Shown here one piece after another: positions 21,117-29,693 of a DNA stretch of 64,000 bases. This stretch comes from an uncultured Fibrobacteria bacterium (GTDB lineage: Bacteria; Fibrobacterota; Fibrobacteria; UBA11236). Position numbers and translations under genes: made by a program. The notes beneath the pieces were generated by a model that saw nothing but the letters and a program-made list of their open reading frames with translations, was not told the DNA's origin and did not search any database. Position 1 is the first letter of the stretch. Each line of letters begins with the position of its first letter. The stretch spans positions 192,001 through 256,000 of the forward strand of contig OY970309.1 in assembly GCA_963716395.1 (NCBI GenBank). The letters are read 5' to 3'.

Positions 21117-23107
21117 AGCCGCAGGTATTGATCGTCGACGACAGCGTTACGGTGCGCATGGATTTGCTGGATGCGATGGAAGAGGCCGGCTTTTCGGCCT
21201 GCCCCTGCGCGACCTTGGGGGCGGCCCGCGAGGCGCTGGCGCACCGCGATTTCGATCTGGTTATTCTCGACGTGCTTTTGCCCGACGGAGACGGCGTGGA
21301 ATTTCTCAGGGAGCTGAAATTCATGCCTTCGACCAAGGATTTGCCCGTCATGCTGCTGTCCTCGGAAGACGAGGTGCGCGATCGCATCCGCGGATTGAAA
21401 ACCGGAGCCGACGAATATCTGGGCAAGCCCTACGACCCGGCGCAGGTGGTGTCACGGGCGCGCGAGCTGACGCGGCGTCGGCAACCCGCCGAGCGGGAAA
21501 AGCCCCTGGTGCTGATCATCGACGACAGCGGCACGTTCCGCGCCGCACTGCATGAGTTGTTGGAAAACGCGGGGTACGAAGCGGCGCAGGCGGAGAGCGG
21601 AGAAGAAGGGTTGCGCCGCGCGGCCGATTTGCGGCCCGACGCCCTGATCGTCGACGGCCTCCTGCCCGGTATGAACGGCATGGACGTCATTCGCGGGGTG
21701 CGCGGCGACGCGGCCCTGCGGCGTACACCCTGCCTGCTTCTGACGGCCTCCATGGCCCGCGAAGAAGAACGCCAAGCCCTGGAAGCCGGCGCCGACCTGT
21801 TCGTGTCGAAAAACGAAGATCAAGACGTCATCCTCGCCAAGCTCAAAGCGCTGGTGCGGCCGGGCCGCCCCCGCCCGCTGGCCGCCGACGACAGCCTACT
21901 CGGGCCCAAACGCGTGCTGGCCGTCGACGACAGCCTGACCTACCTCGCAGAACTCTCCGATCAATTGCGGAACGAAGGCTATGACGTGGTGTCGGCCCGA
22001 TCCGGCGAAGAAGCCCTGGAACTCCTGCCGGTGCAGCCCGTCGACGCCATTCTGCTCGACGTCATCATGCCCGGGATTTCGGGAAAAGAGCTGTGCCGCG
22101 TCATCAAGTCGAACCCGGCTTGGCGCGACATTCCCCTGCTCATGTTGACCGCGCTGGAGGAACGCGAAGCCCTGCTCGAAGGCATCAATGCCGGCGCCGA
22201 CGACTATATCACCAAGTCGAGCCGCTTCGACGTGCTCACGGCCCGGCTCAAGGCGCAGTTGCGCCGGCGCCAGTTTGAAGATGAGAACCGCAAGTTTCGC
22301 GAAGAATTGCTGCGACGCGAAATGGAAGCCGTGGAGATGCAAGCCGTCAAAGAACTGGCGGAAACACGCGCGGCCCACATCGCCGCGCTGGAGCGAAAAA
22401 ACGAAGAGTTGAAACAGGCCAAAGAGGCCGCCGACGTCCTGGCCAAAGAACTCGAATCGTTCAGCTATTCGGTGTCGCACGATCTGCGCGCGCCGCTGCG
22501 CAGCATCGACGGCTTCAGTCAACTGCTGGAGGAAAAGCACAGCTCGCAGTTCGACGACGAAGCGCGGCATTTGCTGGATCGGGTCCGGCAGGCCGCCCGC
22601 CGCATGGGGGAACTCATCGAAGACATGCTCGGCCTGGCGCGTGTGACCCGCAAAGAGCTGCAACTGCGGCCGGTGGATCTCAGCGCGCTGGCCGGCGAAG
22701 TGCTCGCCGAGTTGCAGCGGCGCGATGCGGATCGCCGGGTGGAAGTAAGGATTCAGGCCGATCTGGTCGCCCGCGGCGATTCCGGCCTGCTGCGGATTCT
22801 GCTCGATAATTTGCTCGGCAACGCCTGGAAGTTCACCTCCAAAACCCCGGAAGCGCGCATCTCCTTCGGACGTGAACCCGCGGCCGAAGGCAAAACCTGT
22901 TTTGCCATCCGGGACAACGGCGCCGGATTCGACATGGCGTATGCGCGCAAACTTTTCGGAGTGTTCCAACGCCTGCATTCGGCGCAGGAATTCGCCGGCA
23001 CCGGCGTGGGGCTGGCCACGGTGCAACGTGTGATCCAGCGTCACGGCGGAAAAGTGTGGGCCGACGGCAAACCCGGCGCGGGCGCCGCTTTTTATTTCTG
23101 TCTGTAA
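21113..23107 (+). CDS. Histidine kinase with three N-terminal receiver domains (REC-REC-REC-HisKA-HATPase)
   Basis: Three (I/V)DDS receivers, SVSHDLRAPL, NLLGNAWKF, DNGAGF, GTGVGLA; ATGA overlap with cheB. Confidence 0.9.
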   Translation: MKPQVLIVDDSVTVRMDLLDAMEEAGFSACPCATLGAAREALAHRDFDLVILDVLLPDGDGVEFLRELKFMPSTKDLPVMLLSSEDEVRDRIRGLKTGADEYLGKPYDPAQVVSRARELTRRRQPAEREKPLVLIIDDSGTFRAALHELLENAGYEAAQAESGEEGLRRAADLRPDALIVDGLLPGMNGMDVIRGVRGDAALRRTPCLLLTASMAREEERQALEAGADLFVSKNEDQDVILAKLKALVRPGRPRPLAADDSLLGPKRVLAVDDSLTYLAELSDQLRNEGYDVVSARSGEEALELLPVQPVDAILLDVIMPGISGKELCRVIKSNPAWRDIPLLMLTALEEREALLEGINAGADDYITKSSRFDVLTARLKAQLRRRQFEDENRKFREELLRREMEAVEMQAVKELAETRAAHIAALERKNEELKQAKEAADVLAKELESFSYSVSHDLRAPLRSIDGFSQLLEEKHSSQFDDEARHLLDRVRQAARRMGELIEDMLGLARVTRKELQLRPVDLSALAGEVLAELQRRDADRRVEVRIQADLVARGDSGLLRILLDNLLGNAWKFTSKTPEARISFGREPAAEGKTCFAIRDNGAGFDMAYARKLFGVFQRLHSAQEFAGTGVGLATVQRVIQRHGGKVWADGKPGAGAAFYFCL

Positions 23108-23175
23108 ACCCGAATGCGTTCGGCCCGGCTTATGCCAGGCCTCCGCCGCTCGGCGGCTGCCGGCCAGGCGGCGGC

Positions 23176-25773
23176 TTACGGCTCATTCACGCTGAATAGG
23201 AATTTCTGCAAAAATTCCTGGGTTGCGCCCGGCGAAGTCTGGCGCAGAAAATAAAGGCCGGGCAGCAGGCGAAGATTTGGAATACTCACGCGCTGCGGCC
23301 CGGCAATCAGGCCCAAGGGTTTTTCCGTCACCAGATTCCCGCCCACGTCATAAATCTGCGCCGTCCAGCTTCCTCGGGCGTTCGCCGGAGGCGAGAAGAG
23401 ATAGGTCAGCGCGAAACGCGTGGATTGGAGTTGCGTGATGCCGCCTTCCGAAGCAGCCAACTTCGGGTGAACGGCCAACCCGCCGATATTCAGTTTTTCG
23501 ATATAGACATTGTCCAAATAAAACCGAATGTTACTGGTTCCGTAATAGGTGAAACGCAACGCGGAGATCGCCCCCATATTGAGGGTGCCGGCGGAAGTTT
23601 TCCATGCGGGCTGGGTGAAATTGCCGAAAGGAAGCCGGATGCGATTCCAAACGCTATTGACGAAATTGATTTTTTTCCCGAAATAAGCTCCGTCGGTGAT
23701 ACCAGGTTGCTCCAACTCCACCCACAGACTGTCGCCCGCAGTGGCTTTGATATCGAAAACGACGTTACTGGCGGCGCCCAAGCTGACCGCGGTACCGGCA
23801 CTATTGAAGGTGGTGCGGATTCCCGCATGGGGAACAGCGGCACCGGCGACGCCGATGAGCCGGATCGACAATCCGCTGGTTGCGGTAAAGCCTTGTCCGG
23901 CCGCAATCGCGGGCGCCATGGTCACGGGATTGGTGCTGGATTGGCCGGTCGGCTTATCCGTGAAAATCGACCAAGAGCCTCCGACCTTATTCAAGGTGTC
24001 GTTGTCTTCAAAATCATCGACCAAAACATCGTCGGATTGGAAGGGCGAAGGTTTGAGGGCGAGAATCGTGAAAAAGGTTTTGGATCTGGAAAGGTTGTAG
24101 CTGGCGATATTGGGAACATCCAAGGTTACATCCACGTTTTCACCGGCAATAAAACTTCCCGAATCGGCTTCGCCGGCCCATTGAAAGGAAATGTTGGATC
24201 CCGTGCCCGAAACCGTGCGTTTGGCTCCGCTGATCCGGCCCACCAGAACCACTTTCCAAGCCATCGAGGAGGCCAGCGTGCAGGAGATGGTATCGGTTTG
24301 CGTCGTCAAATCCACACTGCTGGGATTGGCCTGCAGCGATTTATTGATGCGCACCAGTCCCGCGGGCGGATTGTCGTAATCGCGCAGGAACCCGAGTAAC
24401 CCGACCATGCCCGCGTTGTAATTGATGGCGCATTCGGTATTCTTGTAATTATTCGCATCGCTTCCGTTAAAACTCCAGGTGCTGTTCTGGGGGTTGGATG
24501 GGTCAAAACTGCCGTTCGGGGTCGGCCCGGAAACGACGCAACCTTTGAGCCGGACGCTGGGGCCTGCGGTCAGAGCCACGTCATTGCGATCGCTGGGCGC
24601 GGTCGGGGCATTGGGACCATAGCCGACAACATAGGATTGCGTAAACGGCGAAATTCCCGCCACCCAGTGGGCTTGCTGGCGGGCAAAATTGAGATAGGCG
24701 GTGTCCCCGGTCACCTCGAAGGCCAAGGCGGCGCTGAACCCCGCGCAGGCGGCATTGCCGGCATTGCCCCAATCCGAATTGATGAAGGCACCTTTGATGA
24801 GGGACGAAGCATTCGCGGCGGTCACCACGCGGCTCATGGTGAGCGCGACATCCGCAAACCACGGGCCGGTGACGGGATATCCCAATTGCGTTAAATCATA
24901 CGAAGACAGGTCGCCGACGTCGGCATATCCCAGCACGTAATAGTCTTGCGTGACTTGGGCTTGGTAGGCCAGCGCCTGATTGAGGAAAGTCGTATCCTTG
25001 GTGGCGCGGTAAAGTTCCACGGCCCCGCAAGCCATTTTATCCACGTAGGTGGTCGTGCTGTAAAACTGCCCGCCGTCCTGTTCGGTGGATAATTTGGGGT
25101 GGGCGACCCCGAAGGCGTAGGCGATGCGGGCTTTGGCCAGACAATTGGCCGCATAGGTCGAGTCATAGGGTTTGTATAACTGCGCCATCAAGGCCAGGGA
25201 AGCCGCATACATCCCGGCGATATCCGCTCCGCAATCGGTATAAACGGTGCGGGGACTGGTGCGTTGCGAATTGGCGTAGCCGGTTTCATCCAAGGTCCCG
25301 TGATCGACATCGGCATTGGCCACGTCGACCACGATGGTGCTGGAGGAAATCACGGCCTTTTGCATATAATCCGTGGCGATTTTGACTTCGCCGAGAATAT
25401 CGGGAATGCCGTCCGGTGTGCCTTTGTAATCCCAAGTAGTCTTGTCGTCGTAGCCGCGCGGAAAGGCGTCGTAACCTTTCAAAAGGCAGTACACCGAAAA
25501 TCCGAAATTCAATCCGAATTTTACGAAGTCACCCGCATCGTACCAGCCTCCGCTCAAATCCGTTCCATTCAGCGCGTCGGTGCTGTGGGGAAAAGGAGAG
25601 GTTTTATAGAAAGGATTTTTATTGTCGATGTTTTTGTCGCCGGAACGTTGATACCCGTAGTATTGAATCAAGAGATTTTGCAAAGGCCCGTAGTCCGGGT
25701 TCTGTCCAAATCCCGGGGCGACGAGAATTACGGAAAACAGACAAAGCCAGCAATAGGTAATTCGTTGCACCAT
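23176..25773 (-). CDS. Secreted GH9 cellulase-family protein with a CBM11/CIA30-like module and a C-terminal sorting-like domain
   Basis: Signal peptide, DLSGGWYDAGDFVKF, SYVVGYG, NTECAINYNA, VDDFED...GG.W, tail IYDVGGNLV...LLPGLYF. Confidence 0.88.
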   Translation of the reverse strand: MVQRITYCWLCLFSVILVAPGFGQNPDYGPLQNLLIQYYGYQRSGDKNIDNKNPFYKTSPFPHSTDALNGTDLSGGWYDAGDFVKFGLNFGFSVYCLLKGYDAFPRGYDDKTTWDYKGTPDGIPDILGEVKIATDYMQKAVISSSTIVVDVANADVDHGTLDETGYANSQRTSPRTVYTDCGADIAGMYAASLALMAQLYKPYDSTYAANCLAKARIAYAFGVAHPKLSTEQDGGQFYSTTTYVDKMACGAVELYRATKDTTFLNQALAYQAQVTQDYYVLGYADVGDLSSYDLTQLGYPVTGPWFADVALTMSRVVTAANASSLIKGAFINSDWGNAGNAACAGFSAALAFEVTGDTAYLNFARQQAHWVAGISPFTQSYVVGYGPNAPTAPSDRNDVALTAGPSVRLKGCVVSGPTPNGSFDPSNPQNSTWSFNGSDANNYKNTECAINYNAGMVGLLGFLRDYDNPPAGLVRINKSLQANPSSVDLTTQTDTISCTLASSMAWKVVLVGRISGAKRTVSGTGSNISFQWAGEADSGSFIAGENVDVTLDVPNIASYNLSRSKTFFTILALKPSPFQSDDVLVDDFEDNDTLNKVGGSWSIFTDKPTGQSSTNPVTMAPAIAAGQGFTATSGLSIRLIGVAGAAVPHAGIRTTFNSAGTAVSLGAASNVVFDIKATAGDSLWVELEQPGITDGAYFGKKINFVNSVWNRIRLPFGNFTQPAWKTSAGTLNMGAISALRFTYYGTSNIRFYLDNVYIEKLNIGGLAVHPKLAASEGGITQLQSTRFALTYLFSPPANARGSWTAQIYDVGGNLVTEKPLGLIAGPQRVSIPNLRLLPGLYFLRQTSPGATQEFLQKFLFSVNEP

Positions 25774-26088
25774 TTTTCTCCCCTTCTTAGGAACCCTCAT
25801 AACTTTCGCAAGCGAGGCCTGAACTTCTCAAACCCGCCTCCCGTCCGCCTCGGGCGGAAAGCCGATCGAGAAGACCGGCGGCGATGCGTGAGAAAAACGA
25901 CCCGGCTTGAAGATCGCTCCGCCTCAATTCGCCTCCGGCGGAAACGGAATCCGAGGCCTTTCCGCCTCAAACGGAGCGTAGCCGCAGGGCGATGACGAGA
26001 GGTACCCTCGAAACATTAGTGGGCTCGATGCAGGTTCGGGTTCGAGCCGTTTCCACCCCGTGACCACGGTGGTTTCAGGCGACGGAAT

Positions 26089-26862
26089 TCAGGTGGCGCG
26101 GCGATAGGCGCGAAAAGCCTGGGTGGCCAGCAGCACCGAAACCACCGCAAATGCCGAGAGCGCCGCAAAAGCCAACCACACCCAATTCCAGTTTTGCCCC
26201 AGAATGGCGTCGCGCGAAGCGTTCACGGCCCAATTGACGGGGTTGCCCTTGGCCGCGATACGAATCCACCCGGGCATGAGGGATGAGGCCATAAAAGCGG
26301 TGGAAAGAAAAGTCAGCGGCAGGCCGAAAAAATTGATGACGGCGATCAAGGTTTCCTCACGGCGGGTGATCAGCGCCAGCCCGTTGGAAAGGGCGGAAAA
26401 TCCGGCTCCCAGCAAAGAAGCCAGGAGCAGTACCACCAGCAAGCCGGGCAGGCCGCCGGAAAAGCGCGCCCCCAGCGCAAACCCCACGCCCAGTACGATG
26501 AGCGATTGCATGGCCACGGTCAACGCCGCATGCAGCACGCGCGCCGACATCAGCGCGCCGCGATCCACCGGAGTGGCCAGCATGCGATCCATCACGCCTT
26601 CGGTGAGGTCTTCGAGGATGCCCATGCCCGACCAGGCCGATCCGAACAAGGCCGTCATGATCACCACGCCCGGCGTCAGAAATTCGATATAGGACGAGGC
26701 CGCGAAGCCCGGCAGTTCCACCACCCGGCGGAAGAGCTGGCCATACAGCGTCAGCCAGATGACGGGCTGCACCAAGGTCACCACGATCCAAATTGGAATG
26801 CGCAAGGTGGTGCGCACATGCCGCAGCAGCAGTTGCCAGGTGTCGGACGCAAAGGCGTTCAT
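26089..26862 (-). CDS. ABC-2 type exporter permease (DrrB-like)
   Basis: LVQPVIWL, FLTPG, GVMDRMLATP, NPVNWAV; about 6 TM helices. Confidence 0.9.
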   Translation of the reverse strand: MNAFASDTWQLLLRHVRTTLRIPIWIVVTLVQPVIWLTLYGQLFRRVVELPGFAASSYIEFLTPGVVIMTALFGSAWSGMGILEDLTEGVMDRMLATPVDRGALMSARVLHAALTVAMQSLIVLGVGFALGARFSGGLPGLLVVLLLASLLGAGFSALSNGLALITRREETLIAVINFFGLPLTFLSTAFMASSLMPGWIRIAAKGNPVNWAVNASRDAILGQNWNWVWLAFAALSAFAVVSVLLATQAFRAYRRAT

Positions 26863-27836
26863 GCCTCCCCTTTCCCGCCGGCGGGGTCGCCGCCGGATGC
26901 GTAGCGGTGGCCGGTGTAATGCAAATACACGTCGTTCAAAGTCGGCCGGCCCACGGTGGCCGCTTGCACCGCCACTCCAGCCCGCTCCAAAGCCGTGATC
27001 AAGGCGGGCAGGGCCGTGGCGCCCTGGGCCACCCAGGCCACGACCTGCGGGCCGTCCGCCATGACCTTGAGCACACCGTCCGCCGGCCGCAGCACCTCGG
27101 CCGCGCGCCCGGCGTCGCCGGCCACCTGCAAGGCCACCGCGTCGCCGCGAATTTGCGCCTTGAGCTCCGACGGGGTGCCGGTCACGACCACCCGGCCCTG
27201 ATCGACGATGGCCAGACGATCGCAGAGGTAATCGGCCTCTTCGAGATAATGGGTCGTGAGCAATACCGTGAGGCGCCGTTCCTGCCGCAAACGCTGGAGG
27301 TCGCGCCACAGCGCCGATCGGGTTTCGGGATCCAAACCCGTGGTGGGTTCGTCGAGAAAGAGCACGGCCGGATCGTGGATCAGTCCCATGGCCAAATCCA
27401 GCCGTCGTTTCATGCCGCCGGAATAGGTTTTCACCACGCGATCGGCGGCCTCGGCCAACCCCACCCATTCCAATCCCCGGCGCACCCGCGCAGGGATTTC
27501 CGCGGGCGGCACCCGATCCAAATGCGCCTGCAACGCCAGGTTCTCGCGCCCCGTGGCCCATTTATCGACCCCGGAAGCCTGGGCTACGTAACCGATGCGC
27601 TTCCGTACCATGTACGCTTCGGTGGTCACATCGTGCCCCGCCACCGTCGCCCGGCCCGCATCGGAACGGGTCAAGGTGGCGAGAATGCGCACCGTGGTGC
27701 TTTTGCCCGCGCCGTTGGGTCCCAGCAAGCCGAAAATCTCGCCCGGCGACACTCGAAACGAAACGCCGGTCAGGGCCTGGATGCCATTGGCGTAGGTCTT
27801 GACCAGGTTCTCCACCACGATGGCATCGTTTTCCAT
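26859..27836 (-). CDS. ABC exporter ATP-binding protein (DrrA-like)
   Basis: GPNGAGKST, YSGGMKRR, LDEPTTGLDP, TTHYLEEA. Confidence 0.95.
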   Translation of the reverse strand: MENDAIVVENLVKTYANGIQALTGVSFRVSPGEIFGLLGPNGAGKSTTVRILATLTRSDAGRATVAGHDVTTEAYMVRKRIGYVAQASGVDKWATGRENLALQAHLDRVPPAEIPARVRRGLEWVGLAEAADRVVKTYSGGMKRRLDLAMGLIHDPAVLFLDEPTTGLDPETRSALWRDLQRLRQERRLTVLLTTHYLEEADYLCDRLAIVDQGRVVVTGTPSELKAQIRGDAVALQVAGDAGRAAEVLRPADGVLKVMADGPQVVAWVAQGATALPALITALERAGVAVQAATVGRPTLNDVYLHYTGHRYASGGDPAGGKGEA

Positions 27837-27989
27837 GGCGGTGAAAGTTAATGAACTCCCTCGTCGGCGGGGGGCGGATTCCGGCGGAAGGGGATCGGGT
27901 CGAATAAGAACGCCCTGCGCGAGGCCGTGAAGGCGCCGACAGCACGTCTTCGAAAAGAGAGTTTCCGCCCCGGGCCACGAGCGGCTTGG

Positions 27990-29597
27990 TTAATCCACCG
28001 GGGAAGGAAACCCGGCCAGGGTTTGCGAGACCTCCCGAATCTCGCGAAAACGCCGGGCAATCTGCTCCAGAATTCCCTCCGCACCGGCGTCCTCGAAATC
28101 CATGAAGGCCATGCGGCAATAATCCCGCAGCATGCCATGCGCGGTTTCGGTCAGTAACGCCGGAATTTCCTCCAGGCGCCGGCGCAGCACCGCCACGCGC
28201 AGGGGATCCGGGTTGCAGATGCGCAGAAGATCCAACATTTCCTGCGCCGCCTCGGCGCCCTCTTCGGCCCAGGCGGCCACTGCCCCGCCGGGGTCATGGC
28301 GGTCCGAAGCATCGCCCGATGCGCGCAGCAATTCGGTCTCGCGCCGGCTGGGCGCGATTCCCAACACCGCGGACCAGGCGCAGCGCGCGGTCAAGGCTTT
28401 GCGGTAGGCGGACGAGGCCGACGGCTCGGCCGGAACATACAGCAAGGTTCCGTTGTCGGCGAATTCACTGCGGTACAGATGCAACGCTTCAGGCAGACGC
28501 GGCACGGCCCGGCTTGGGTCCAACAGCCAAAGTGCCGCCTGCGCCACGGTCTCGGCGGTCAGCGCGCCGCGGCAGAGTTGCACCGGGCAGCGCGACGAAG
28601 CGCTGCACGGCGAGCATGCCAGTTCGGTTTGCAGCACCGCATGTCCGGCGCCGTAGGGCGCGGTCTCGGTGAAAAAAGCCGTGGCGAAATAAATCCCCAG
28701 CGTACGCACCCCCGCGGCGGCCGCCACATGCAAGGTACCGGTATCATTGCCGATCACCAGGGCGCACCGGCCAAGCAGCGCCGGCATTTCACCCAAGCGG
28801 GTGCGCCCGGTCAAATCGAACACCCGGCCCGCGTTGCCTTCCGTGAACGCGGCGCGAAAGCGGCCACTGAATTCGCGTTCACGCACGTCGCCGAACAAAA
28901 CGAAGTCGACCGGCTGCGCCGCCGCAATGCGCGCGGCCGCGCCGGCAAATCCCTCGGGGTCCCAGGCACGATGGAAATCACTGGCGCCCAATTGCAGTCC
29001 GATCACCGGGCGGACACCATCCCAGCCTTCGGCCCGCAGCCGACGGTCCGCCCGATCGCCGGCGTCGTCGGCCAACCGCATGGGCGCGGAACAGGCTTGG
29101 GGACGCAATTCCGCCATGAGCAGGTGCAGGTCGGACAGGTGGAACAGATTTTCGGTACGGTGGCGCACCATGGCCCAGACATAGCGCGCCACCGTGCCGG
29201 CCGCGCGGATTTCGCCGTCCGGTGCGTGCAGGCGGCCGACCCGCCGCTCGGCACTGACCGCCGAAGCCAGGACGGCAGATTCGTAATCATGCGTTACGTT
29301 GATTACCATGGAAAACGGAGCCAACAGGCGCGGTACCGCGGCCAGGCACGACGCCGCCGGCGGCAAGACCGCCCCGGTGAGGCCGCCCAAGGTCGCCAAG
29401 AAGCCCGGAGAAAGCGGCAGAACCTCGGCCGGCACCACCGCTTCGGCGAGCAGGGTGTGCACGCCTTCGCGGCAAGCCAGGATGATCTCGGCCTCCCGGT
29501 ACCGGTTGCGCAACGCGGTGACCAGCGGCAAAGTTTGCGCCAAATCGCCGATGCGGCTGGTTTGCAAAACCAAAATACTCCGGGAAGGGTTGCGCAC
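27990..29597 (-). CDS. Glycosyltransferase family 9 (heptosyltransferase-like) with C-terminal extension
   Basis: RIGDL, QLGAS..RAW, IGNDTGTLHVAAA, CSPC...C.C. Confidence 0.85.
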   Translation of the reverse strand: MRNPSRSILVLQTSRIGDLAQTLPLVTALRNRYREAEIILACREGVHTLLAEAVVPAEVLPLSPGFLATLGGLTGAVLPPAASCLAAVPRLLAPFSMVINVTHDYESAVLASAVSAERRVGRLHAPDGEIRAAGTVARYVWAMVRHRTENLFHLSDLHLLMAELRPQACSAPMRLADDAGDRADRRLRAEGWDGVRPVIGLQLGASDFHRAWDPEGFAGAAARIAAAQPVDFVLFGDVREREFSGRFRAAFTEGNAGRVFDLTGRTRLGEMPALLGRCALVIGNDTGTLHVAAAAGVRTLGIYFATAFFTETAPYGAGHAVLQTELACSPCSASSRCPVQLCRGALTAETVAQAALWLLDPSRAVPRLPEALHLYRSEFADNGTLLYVPAEPSASSAYRKALTARCAWSAVLGIAPSRRETELLRASGDASDRHDPGGAVAAWAEEGAEAAQEMLDLLRICNPDPLRVAVLRRRLEEIPALLTETAHGMLRDYCRMAFMDFEDAGAEGILEQIARRFREIREVSQTLAGFPSPVD

Positions 29598-29693
29598 GCC
29601 TCATTATCGATTGCCGCGCGCGGGCGTCGCAAGCGCGGACGAAAGGTCTTCGTTCCCTCCAGGAAGTATTCTTGCGTCATTGGATTATTGCGC

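Noticed and set aside
26035-26058. GGTTCGAGCCGTTTCCA as a possible att copy of the tRNA-Gly 3' end
   Set aside because: The match is too short and gapped, and there is no integrase in the window.
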